A stretch of DNA of 29,595 bases, taken from Elainellaceae cyanobacterium. Its GTDB lineage: Bacteria; Cyanobacteriota; Cyanobacteriia; CAZCXK01. Shown piece after piece: positions 8,855-17,600 of the stretch. The stretch is taken from assembly GCA_051117555.1 (NCBI GenBank), contig JBNPEG010000164.1, positions 1 through 29,595 of the forward strand, given 5' to 3'. A program made the translations under genes and the position numbers. The notes under the pieces are model-generated. The model saw only the letters and a list, made by a program, of their open reading frames with translations. It was not told where the DNA came from and searched no databases. The stretch's first letter is position 1; each line of letters starts with the position of its first letter.

Positions 8855-10096
8855 ATGTCAGAAGCAGGAGCATCCAACGTCGAAAATCATCTAGAAATTC
8901 TGCTACGTGAAGCGATGAGCAGCGAAGATGCGCTCGATCGGCTGCTCGAAGCTACTCAATATGAGTACAAAAAAATTAACGATACTCTCGGTTCATTGAA
9001 TGTATTGGTCATTGGCAAGTCAGGCGTCGGCAAATCAACGCTGCTAAATGCCGTCTTTCGAGAAAACTTTGCCCGGACGGGGAGTGGTCAAGCGATTACG
9101 CAAAATACGACCCAATATTCGAATGAGGGGTGCCCGCTGACGATTTACGATTCGCGCGGGATTGAGCTTCCCAACGAAGCCGATCAGCAGACCATTTCAA
9201 GTCTCAAAGATGACATTTTGCGGTTAATCGAAGACAACAAATCTAATCCGCTAAAACGGATCGATGTGATTTGGTATTGTGTCAATACTCGGGGGTTCCG
9301 ATTTGAACAACTCGAAGAAGAATGGGTCAGAGAGCTTACCCGTGAAGGGATTCCGGTCATCTTGGTGTTAACGCAATTCTTTGGGTCAGCAGACGATCGC
9401 AAGTTTTTGAAAAATTTGAAGAACCGACGCTTGCCGATTGAAACTGCGATCGGCGTGATGGCTGCCGAATATGATTTGGGTGTTGGATATCCCACCTTTC
9501 CGGCCCGCGGGCTCGATGATCTCGTCGAGCGCACGGCGTATTGTTTAGGCGGAGAAGACAGCGTTCGCCAGCTTTTTGTGCAACAGCAATTAGCCAGCAT
9601 CGACTTAAAAGAAAAAGAAGCGCTAAGCTGCGTGACTCGCTATACAGCGCTGACGATTCCGGCGGCGACTATCCCAACAGCGGGGATTGATTCGGTTGCC
9701 TTGTGGGGCATTTTATCGACGATGATTAGTGAAATTAGCTCGATTTTTGGGCTTTCGCCCAATAAGGATTTTATTAATACCGTCGTCAATGTTTTGACCA
9801 GTGCAGGCAGTAGCGCGATCGCCACGATGGTCGTTCCTAGCCTGCTCAAACTATTTCCCACAATCGGCACATTACCTGCCGTCAGCATTGCTCTGATTGC
9901 GTTTCCGATCGTGGCTGGAGGCGTTGGAACCGCGTATTCGAAAGCACTCAAAGCCTATCTGAGCAAAAAGGTAACGGACGAATCACCGTCTGACGACGAA
10001 GAGGAAAAACTCCGAGCCCGGTTTGCACGAGCCTTTACAAGAGCGTATCAAGACTACGTTGAAAGCCGACCTGAATTTCAGTTTCAACCTACCTAA
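8855..10096 (+). CDS. P-loop GTPase (MMR_HSR1/Era-like) with a C-terminal hydrophobic DUF697-like region
   Basis: G1 GKSGVGKS, G2 Thr (AITQ), G3 DSRG, IWYC and VILVLTQ, followed by hydrophobic C-terminal helices. The ORF opens at 8810, but ATG8855 has GGGAG 8 nt upstream. Confidence 0.85.
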   Translation: MSEAGASNVENHLEILLREAMSSEDALDRLLEATQYEYKKINDTLGSLNVLVIGKSGVGKSTLLNAVFRENFARTGSGQAITQNTTQYSNEGCPLTIYDSRGIELPNEADQQTISSLKDDILRLIEDNKSNPLKRIDVIWYCVNTRGFRFEQLEEEWVRELTREGIPVILVLTQFFGSADDRKFLKNLKNRRLPIETAIGVMAAEYDLGVGYPTFPARGLDDLVERTAYCLGGEDSVRQLFVQQQLASIDLKEKEALSCVTRYTALTIPAATIPTAGIDSVALWGILSTMISEISSIFGLSPNKDFINTVVNVLTSAGSSAIATMVVPSLLKLFPTIGTLPAVSIALIAFPIVAGGVGTAYSKALKAYLSKKVTDESPSDDEEEKLRARFARAFTRAYQDYVESRPEFQFQPT

Positions 10097-10128
10097 TCTA
10101 AGCTGAGATCTAGAAATCCAAGTTAAAC

Positions 10129-10782
10129 TCAATCACAATCTGCCTTGGTTTGTGGCGATCGCCTCAGTTCTTGATCGGCCAATTGAGCCTTGATAAAGAC
10201 CGTTCGAGCGGCTTCGGGCAGCACACGAGCCGTTGCATGGGCCAACTGTTCTAATCCGTGCGATCGCACCACAATACCCCCCGGAATTTCAAACGGAGCG
10301 GCTAACACTGGAACAATTTCGCAGACAGGCAAGTCCATTTTTTCAACGTACGTGAGTAGCTCATCGTCTGCTTTTCTGAGAAACTGAGTCAGCACCAAAA
10401 TCACCGCAATGCCCTCATCGGCAAGTTGCTGAATCCAGGTGATTTCACTGTCCTCGATTCGTTTTCCGCGAGCGCTGATACAATACCAGACGGCATGAAT
10501 TCGCTGGTCTGATCGCTTGCTCAAATGTTTAATCAAGCCGTGAATATGCTGCTGAATTTCTAAATTGGTTTCTCGAAACGTTCTCAGACCGGGCGTATCA
10601 AAAACCGTCAGCAAGTGAGCAGGATACATGTCATACCGAACAATATCTGCTGTGACGGGCTTACCGACGTTGGCTCTTGCCTTCTCGCCAAACATTGCAT
10701 TCAGCAAAACACTCTTGCCAGCTCCCGTTTTGCCAGCAATCAAAATACTGCACAATGTTCTCTCGGTTTTCAGGTTCAACAT
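10129..10782 (-). CDS. Stand-alone P-loop GTPase domain, paralog of the convergent gene
   Basis: GKTGAGKS, PVT, DTPG, VWYC and VILVLTQF motifs. It ends where the neighbour's hydrophobic domain begins. Confidence 0.82.
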   Translation of the reverse strand: MLNLKTERTLCSILIAGKTGAGKSVLLNAMFGEKARANVGKPVTADIVRYDMYPAHLLTVFDTPGLRTFRETNLEIQQHIHGLIKHLSKRSDQRIHAVWYCISARGKRIEDSEITWIQQLADEGIAVILVLTQFLRKADDELLTYVEKMDLPVCEIVPVLAAPFEIPGGIVVRSHGLEQLAHATARVLPEAARTVFIKAQLADQELRRSPQTKADCD

Positions 10783-11158
10783 ACTGCAATGTGACTAGAT
10801 AGGGATTCTTCAAGCCTGAACTGAAGTCCAAGAGTACACCCGTAGACTCACATTACCTCTCTTCCACGATTCCGTTGTACCTTTAACGATACATTCCTTC
10901 GGTCAAATTAGGAAAAACTATTTATCAAAGATAAAATCATCAGCAATTTTGCTGACAGCCACATTGTGACCTATGGATTCGGGCGAATGCAATTCAACAC
11001 GGCTGCAATTGTTGATAATCTCACCACTATGACAATTCCTGTTGAATATCAGTGGGGCTGATGAACTTTTCGACTGCCACACCCTGAATGCAGAGACGAT
11101 ATAGGGATGACGAATTCACGAGCGTTCCCGCCGGGTGGAACGCCGACACGAATGCGAA

Positions 11159-12820
11159 CTATCCCGATGCCCCTCCAAGAATCAGTAACCCAATCATGGT
11201 GGCGCTATTCCATAAACTGTGAACGAGCATTGGAGCAAGCAGGTTGCGCGATCGCACGTAGACAAAGCCTAGCACTGATCCCAGCACCATAAGCGGCAAG
11301 ATTTCTGACAAGCTAAGATGGGCACTCGCAAACAAGAAGCTACTGAGGGCGATCGCCCCCCAAATAGGCATGTAGCGGGTGAGCGACGGCAACAAAAATC
11401 CTCGAAATAGAATTTCTTCGAATACGGGAGCGGCGATCGCTGCTGTAAAGAAAAAGATTGCTAAGGCAAGCGGATCGCCTTCTTTGAGAACAATTTCTAG
11501 GAGAGGATTATTTCCACCGCGCCCTTGCCAAATTTGCTGATTGATAATAGATACACCAATCACCAGAGGCAACGCGACCAAATAGCCGCCCAAGCCCCAC
11601 GCCAGCCATTTGCCGTTGACCTTAACCCGAAACCAATCCTCCGGTAAGGGAAAATACGGCTTGATAGAGAGATATAGCACCAACAGTGACCCTGCTGCGA
11701 TCGCAATATAAATCAGTAAGGTTGAAAATGCGGTCATCCGACCACTCGAGACATCCAGAGTGATGCTTTGGGCAGACAATACGGCTGGAATTAGGGATCT
11801 TAGAACACCAAAAAAGATGGGTAGAACAATTTGCCCTAAGAAGAAAAATCCGACAATCAAAACTTGCCAAGTAATTTCCCAGTTCCAGGGAGTGTCCCAC
11901 GTCAAATCTCCGCTGTCGGCTAACAGCGACTGTTTTCCTTGCACAACGCGCTGAATGACCAAGAAGACGAGCAACCCTGCCCCTATCAAGCTGCCAATGG
12001 CCGGAGCTGTCGCAACCAGAGCCAGCTTAATCACCGCCTGTTGAGCGGTTTGCTGTTCTTTGGTTTGCAACGCCTCTAATGCATCGGGTCGCTGTTGGAG
12101 GGTGTAGAGTCGAGTCAGCGCAACATAGCGAAACCAACCGTCTAAATTCTGCTGAATGACGGGTTCAGCATCAGGAAGCAATCGCGGTGGATCGCTCCAC
12201 AATCCAGTCAATACGGATGCAGTTTCTGGCAATGATTGAGACTCAGAGGCGGGTTGCGAATCTTGAGATCCGTCGTATGCTGCCTGTTCGATAAAGGTCT
12301 GCCAGGTTCTTAAGGCAGAATCCGCGTTATTTTGACGAGCCTGCAAGAGCCCAATTCGCACCGTTAAACGAGCGAGCAGAGCTTGCTGTTGGTTCCGCTG
12401 GTTCTTAAGCTGCTCAAGCTGTCCGGAAAGAGCCTGGCTTGCCCCGCTCGGGGGCGCACTCGGATCAATGGGTAACGGGGTGCCGTCGGTTGAGAGTTCT
12501 TTGATTTGAGCTTGAGTGGTTTCTAATTGTTGCTGGGTTGCTTGGCGAATCGACTGATACTGATCTAAAGCAGTCGAAACTGGGTTGTTTTCAAGCAGGG
12601 CATTGCGAATCGAGGAAAAGTCTTCTTCAGCTTCCTCTGGAGCTTGAATTTGACTCGCATGAAGGAGCAAATTGGTTTGATAAAGCTGTAAGCGGTTGGT
12701 AATCTGCGGCTTGCCCAAACTGTTAATTAAAGCAGGTGCTACAGAAAAAATTATGACAATAACGGTCAATACGCCCAAAATCAAGCGTCTTGGTGTCATT
12801 TCTGTTTCCTCGGAGGGCAA
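11159..12820 (-). CDS. CPBP (Abi/CAAX) intramembrane glutamic endopeptidase with a large extracytoplasmic domain
   Basis: EEILFRG, FASAH and HSLWN motifs, N-terminal TM helix and Q-rich helical region. The start could be ATG12799. Confidence 0.92.
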   Translation of the reverse strand: MPSEETEMTPRRLILGVLTVIVIIFSVAPALINSLGKPQITNRLQLYQTNLLLHASQIQAPEEAEEDFSSIRNALLENNPVSTALDQYQSIRQATQQQLETTQAQIKELSTDGTPLPIDPSAPPSGASQALSGQLEQLKNQRNQQQALLARLTVRIGLLQARQNNADSALRTWQTFIEQAAYDGSQDSQPASESQSLPETASVLTGLWSDPPRLLPDAEPVIQQNLDGWFRYVALTRLYTLQQRPDALEALQTKEQQTAQQAVIKLALVATAPAIGSLIGAGLLVFLVIQRVVQGKQSLLADSGDLTWDTPWNWEITWQVLIVGFFFLGQIVLPIFFGVLRSLIPAVLSAQSITLDVSSGRMTAFSTLLIYIAIAAGSLLVLYLSIKPYFPLPEDWFRVKVNGKWLAWGLGGYLVALPLVIGVSIINQQIWQGRGGNNPLLEIVLKEGDPLALAIFFFTAAIAAPVFEEILFRGFLLPSLTRYMPIWGAIALSSFLFASAHLSLSEILPLMVLGSVLGFVYVRSRNLLAPMLVHSLWNSATMIGLLILGGASG

Positions 12821-12975
12821 AACGTCTAGCTATCAGCCAGGGTTAATTTGACTCGGATCATATGCTAATACAACGTTGCTCGACGTTGCGCTAGCAGTTG
12901 AGCTGAACTGGCATTGTCGCCATATTGGTGGATTAAAATCGCATCCACATAACCCTGACTGGCATTATCGCACTG

Positions 12976-13008
12976 TTCGCCTCAGGTTTGCCTCAGATTC
13001 GCCTCAGA
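12976..13008. repeat. Three tandem 11-bp repeats TT(C/T)GCCTCAG(G/A)
   Basis: ttcgcctcagg-tttgcctcaga-ttcgcctcaga, read directly from the sequence. Confidence 0.8.
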
Positions 13009-13112
13009 ACTGTATTCGAGACGGGGTGCTAAACACGGTAGAATTTTTCTGGTTTCTAAATCAGGCCATGATCGCTCCTAGCTAAACCATTTGCAATCTG
13101 GAGGATAGACCC

Positions 13113-14492
13113 CTGGCTACTCGCGTAATTCTCGTACGTCACGGTGAGAGTACCTATAATGCTCAGAGTAGAGTGCAGGGTCACTGTGATGAATCGACCT
13201 TGACTGAGACGGGACGCATTGCGGCTCGGCAAGTTGGGGCAGCCTTGCATGGCATCTCCTTTGACGCCATTTACAGCAGCCCGCTACGACGGGCAAAATT
13301 GACAGCCGACCTGATTATAGAGACGCTTGGCGATGAGGCATGTGCGGACGCGCTGCATGTGACCGAGAAGCTATTAGAGATTAGTCTTCCCCTTTGGGAA
13401 GGGCTGACATTTAAAGAGGTTGAGGAAAAATTTCCTGACGGGTATCAAGACTGGCGCGATCGCCCCCACAAATTGCGAATGGAGCTTCCCACGCCGGAAG
13501 GTCCGGTCGATTTCTTTCCCGTTCCGTCTCTGTTTGAGCAGGCACGGCAGTTTTGGCAAGACGTGCTGCATCGCCATTCCGATAGCACGATTTTAGTCGT
13601 TGCCCATAGTGGCATCAATCGAACGCTGATTTATACCGCATTGGGCTTAGAACCCGAACGCTATACCTCTTTGCATGTATCCAACTGTGGCATTAGCGTT
13701 CTCAATTTTGCTGGCGGGCTAGGACAACCCGTTCAGCTTGAATCTCTAAATCTCACGTCACCCATTGGCGAACCCTTGCCTAAACTTCGCCCTAACCATC
13801 GTGGTCCCCGCTTTTTGCTTGTTCGTCATGGAGAAACCGATTGGAATCGCGACAAGCGATTTCAAGGGCAAATCGATGTCCCCCTCAACGACACGGGTCG
13901 ACGTCAAGCCAGGCAATGCGCTGAGTTTCTAAAATCGTTTTCGGTTGACCGGGTGATCACCAGCCCCATGCTGCGCCCCAAGGAAACGGCTGAAGCGATC
14001 GCCGCCCACCATATCAACGTCGATCTTGAGCTGCTTGATGGGCTCTGTGAAATTAGCCACGGGTTATGGGAAGGCAAACTTGAGGAAGAAATTGAACAGT
14101 CCTATCCCGGAGAGTTGCGTCGCTGGAAACAGTCTCCCGAGACGGTACAAATGCCGGACGGTGAGAACCTGCAGCAAGTGTGGGAACGGGCGATCGCCAC
14201 TTGGAATTTTATTCTGACGTCCGTTACGATTCCAGACGACATTCCTGATGATGTCTCTGTGCCGCCAGTCACCGTGGTGGTCGTCGCCCATGATGCCGTT
14301 AATAAAGCCCTTCTGTGCCATTTGGTAGGCTGGGGACCCGAACATTTCTGGAAATTCAAGCAGGGGAATGGCTCGGTTACGGTCATTGACTATCCTAGAG
14401 GGGTTGAGGCGGCTCCCTTGATTCAAGCGATGAATATCACCAGCTTCCTGAATGAGGGCGTGTTAGATCAAACAGCGGCGGGCGCGTTATAG
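13113..14492 (+). CDS. Double-domain histidine phosphatase (phosphoglycerate mutase family; Slr1124/phosphoserine phosphatase-like), probable CTG start
   Basis: Two RHG motifs: TRVILVRHGES upstream of the tracked GTG13173, and LLVRHGETDWN. Also SSPLRRA, VAHSG and VAHDA. GGAGG at 13100-13104. Confidence 0.9.
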   Translation: MATRVILVRHGESTYNAQSRVQGHCDESTLTETGRIAARQVGAALHGISFDAIYSSPLRRAKLTADLIIETLGDEACADALHVTEKLLEISLPLWEGLTFKEVEEKFPDGYQDWRDRPHKLRMELPTPEGPVDFFPVPSLFEQARQFWQDVLHRHSDSTILVVAHSGINRTLIYTALGLEPERYTSLHVSNCGISVLNFAGGLGQPVQLESLNLTSPIGEPLPKLRPNHRGPRFLLVRHGETDWNRDKRFQGQIDVPLNDTGRRQARQCAEFLKSFSVDRVITSPMLRPKETAEAIAAHHINVDLELLDGLCEISHGLWEGKLEEEIEQSYPGELRRWKQSPETVQMPDGENLQQVWERAIATWNFILTSVTIPDDIPDDVSVPPVTVVVVAHDAVNKALLCHLVGWGPEHFWKFKQGNGSVTVIDYPRGVEAAPLIQAMNITSFLNEGVLDQTAAGAL

Positions 14493-14581
14493 CCCTACAG
14501 GCTCAGATGTGTGTGGTGAACCCGCGCGCCGCCCGGGTTCACCATACGTTCAGCGTCCTAGCGCGAGAGCGTAAGGCTATA
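14488..14581. repeat. Miniature inverted-repeat element between convergent genes; possible bidirectional terminator
   Basis: TATAGCCCTAC (14488-14498) pairs with GTAAGGCTATA (14571-14581). Inner 14-bp stem GTGTGGTGAACCCG/CGGGTTCACCATAC. Confidence 0.75.
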
Positions 14582-14586
14582 TAAAT

Positions 14587-16725
14587 TCAAATTCTCACCA
14601 TTTCAAATTCTCGTCTCCATGCGGGGGCAGAGTCTCCCTGTTTACGTCCGTAGAGTTTGACGCGATGAATGGACTCTGCGTGTAAGTTAGTCAAACCGTG
14701 TCGCACAAAGCTCACCGATGCGTCTGCGGGAGGCACGTCATCACCTTCTAGCATGATGTGTAAATCATGGGTTTTGAGTCGGGCTTTGACGGTGATGCCC
14801 TTGGGCTGGAGGTGGCGATTCATCAGGGTGGCGATCGCCCGCGCATTTCCTTGACGCGCCAGATCTAACACGCTGGGCCGTTGGCTTGGAGGCATCGACT
14901 TGGCAGCATCTTCGTCGTCAAACCTAAATGGATTAGCAGGAGTCGGATCGCTCCCATCTGCATGGCTTGTCTGCTGCGAATCGTGATACGGGGCGTCATA
15001 CTCGTCTAGACCTACATCAGAGTCTCGATACGCGGTGTAATCCTCATCATATTCGACAGAATCGAGCTGATACGAATGGGGCGATCGCAGAGAGTCATCA
15101 AATTCTTCGAGAGATTGTTCGGCAGAATGAGCCGTGACCGATGGGGCTGCGATGGGGCCAACCGTTGAGAGAATTCGCAATAGACCAAACACCCCACCCC
15201 CGATCGCTCCGATGAAACTCGCTAAAATGATGCCAATTCCAATGGAAAAGCCAACATTAGGTAGGGTTTGTTCGGCAACGGAGCGTAGCGGAAACTGTCC
15301 ATAAAAGGCGAGTCCTCGGACATATTCATTTTGAACCGCAAAGACTTGGCTGACAAGAATCGTGATGCCCGCAAACACCGACCAAAATAAGGCGCCTGTT
15401 TTAATACCTGATCCTACGGTGTGAATATGTCGCCCGGTGGTCAGAAATAGAATGCCTCCCATGGTGCCCCACAAAATACCGCGCACCGCAATTTGCATTA
15501 GGCGAATGTCGTCCGTCGTTCGCGGATGAAAGACGTTGAGAACAGACGCCAGCATCAGCCAAATCGTAATCCAAAAGATTGCCCAGGCGATCGCCAACAA
15601 GAACTCTTCTGCTGGTTTTTCTGGACTTGGCCCGAGCCACCTGCCCAGCAACCATCCAAACAGAGTGCCGCCAATTCCCGCAAGGAGTACCACGATCACC
15701 ATACTGCTCAGGAGCCACGACGCAATTTCGGACCAGACGAGGGTCATCGTTACAAAAATATCGCTACTGACGAACCCCAGCCGAACCACAGCAACCACCC
15801 AACTAATCACCGTCACGATGGCTAGGACGATCAGCCAGGCGCTTCCCCAAAACAGCGATCGCGTCTGAGCGTTGGCAACGGGCTTGATTCCTCGATGCAA
15901 GGCGGCTCCCATCGCAGCCCCAGATAACCCCATCACCACCACAAATGGAGTTTGGCTGACCCACGCGAGCAGCCGTCGAGCCACTGGTGCTGCTAAATAC
16001 GCGGCGATCGCCTCATTGGGTTGTGAGACGACCATATAAAACGCAAACCAGATTGCAATCCACACGGCAGGCCAAAACAAAATCTGTAGGGTAGTGCCAA
16101 TAAAGACCACAATGGCCCTCAGCACAGCTAACAATGAGCGGGTTCGCCATACTCCCATCAAGAACCCCACTAACAAACCCATCCCAATCCCCCATGGCAA
16201 TCCGCTAACCACATATCCAAGTACGCTGGATTCATCCCTAAGCAAAAGGCTGTCGCTGGGATAGGACGGCTGACCAGTAGTCTGGACAGTAGTCGATGCA
16301 AACCAAAACCGAACCAGGCTATAGCCGATGCCACCAAACCAGACACCGAGAAGCATCCAGCCAAAGGCCACCCGTGCTTGGGAGTTTGATTGGGGGACAG
16401 GATTTATCCCATTCAGCCGGATTTCGCAGGCCAAAGTACCCACTACAACGCCGATAAATGCGCCCAACAGCGTTGTCCAAACGAGATTAGGAACCAATTT
16501 ATCGCTGTAAATATCTTGAACGAGCCACCAACCCACGACAGCTCCCAATAGACCTCCCCAAAAGCCACCCCGTAATCCCCAGTTAGAGACGTGTGTCGCA
16601 TCGTCATCCCAAATTAATCGGCCACTCGCAAAAATCATGAAGCGAGAGATCAGGGTTGTCAGCGCTGTGACCAGGATTAAGAACAACAGGAACGCAGCGA
16701 GGTGCGGAAGATCAGTGACCACCAT
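14587..16725 (-). CDS. Large Gly-rich polytopic membrane protein with an acidic linker and a small cyanobacterial C-terminal domain
   Basis: 712 aa with many GxxxG-rich hydrophobic helices, a D/E/Y-rich linker, and C-terminal LARQGNARAIATLMNRHLQPKGI...VKLYGRKQG...PAW. Confidence 0.8.
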   Translation of the reverse strand: MVVTDLPHLAAFLLFLILVTALTTLISRFMIFASGRLIWDDDATHVSNWGLRGGFWGGLLGAVVGWWLVQDIYSDKLVPNLVWTTLLGAFIGVVVGTLACEIRLNGINPVPQSNSQARVAFGWMLLGVWFGGIGYSLVRFWFASTTVQTTGQPSYPSDSLLLRDESSVLGYVVSGLPWGIGMGLLVGFLMGVWRTRSLLAVLRAIVVFIGTTLQILFWPAVWIAIWFAFYMVVSQPNEAIAAYLAAPVARRLLAWVSQTPFVVVMGLSGAAMGAALHRGIKPVANAQTRSLFWGSAWLIVLAIVTVISWVVAVVRLGFVSSDIFVTMTLVWSEIASWLLSSMVIVVLLAGIGGTLFGWLLGRWLGPSPEKPAEEFLLAIAWAIFWITIWLMLASVLNVFHPRTTDDIRLMQIAVRGILWGTMGGILFLTTGRHIHTVGSGIKTGALFWSVFAGITILVSQVFAVQNEYVRGLAFYGQFPLRSVAEQTLPNVGFSIGIGIILASFIGAIGGGVFGLLRILSTVGPIAAPSVTAHSAEQSLEEFDDSLRSPHSYQLDSVEYDEDYTAYRDSDVGLDEYDAPYHDSQQTSHADGSDPTPANPFRFDDEDAAKSMPPSQRPSVLDLARQGNARAIATLMNRHLQPKGITVKARLKTHDLHIMLEGDDVPPADASVSFVRHGLTNLHAESIHRVKLYGRKQGDSAPAWRREFEMVRI

Positions 16726-16859
16726 GGGAGTTTATGTCCGAGTTTTGGGGTTTGCATGGTGTTGCGTGCGTCGGGATCAACGGCTGCTCGCATCCATGCC
16801 TCATTATCGAGACATGCTACCTCGCCTAGGGTTCCATCGCACAGGTTTCTAAGCGTTCC

Positions 16860-16928
16860 TTATCGTTTCCTAATCAAAAACCCCGACATTTGCCGGGTTT
16901 TCTCAAAATAATTCAGTTGTAAATTCAT
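16860..16928 (-). CDS. Candidate small ORF, 22 aa (MNLQLNYFEKTRQMSGFLIRKR)
   Basis: Strong GGGGAGGAG Shine-Dalgarno just upstream of ATG16928, with TAA at 16862-16860. Confidence 0.3.
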   Translation of the reverse strand: MNLQLNYFEKTRQMSGFLIRKR

Positions 16929-17015
16929 GAGTCTCCTCCCCACATCCTTAACTCCTACGTCGAGTAGGTGCTGATATCGGAAGAGATATCGCTTACCTTA
17001 ACAGGCGATCGCGCG

Positions 17016-17393
17016 TTATTCACCCACTGATTCATCGGCTTGTGCGTCAGTTCGCCGCCCATCTTCTAACAGAATTCTGAACCAGTTTGCTCTAGCAGGT
17101 CCTGGATCGCGATAGATTTCATCTAGGCTTGGAAAGTTGGGCTGTTCGATTCGAAACATCCCAAATTCGGCAACTGAAAATCTATCGGGTGTGTCAAATA
17201 GTTCAGAATTAGCGATACTAATTGGCTCGGTTTCCAAGTCTCGACTATCAACTGAAACATCGCTAAATCCTTCAGGAATAGGCTCAGGTTCAGAAAACGC
17301 CACCCTACCAGAGCCCGCTTCTTGGGCAAGTGTACCTGTCGCTGATAGGGTTAGTCCTAAGACTGAGGCAAGTAAAGCAGTCATCGCTTTCAT
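17016..17393 (-). CDS. Hypothetical secreted acidic protein
   Basis: GGAGG Shine-Dalgarno and signal peptide MKAMTALLASVLGLTLSATGTLA-Q. Confidence 0.75.
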   Translation of the reverse strand: MKAMTALLASVLGLTLSATGTLAQEAGSGRVAFSEPEPIPEGFSDVSVDSRDLETEPISIANSELFDTPDRFSVAEFGMFRIEQPNFPSLDEIYRDPGPARANWFRILLEDGRRTDAQADESVGE

Positions 17394-17600
17394 GTTGATG
17401 CCTCCTATGTGATTGTTAACAAAAATAGTTGTACTTTAAAGATAGCGCTGAACCCTAAGAGATGCATCGGTCAAAAGCATTATATGGTAGTAAAGTAGTG
17501 TGCCTTTTAATCCTCAACGTGCGAATCTATTAGGATTTAACCTTGATGTTGAATATTTATTTCAACTGAGATAATGTGGTCAATTCTTGACAAGAAGGGT

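Noticed and set aside
11159..12820. Abi-domain gene as an anti-phage system
   Set aside because: It is the ordinary CPBP membrane protease in a housekeeping context; the Abi name is historical.
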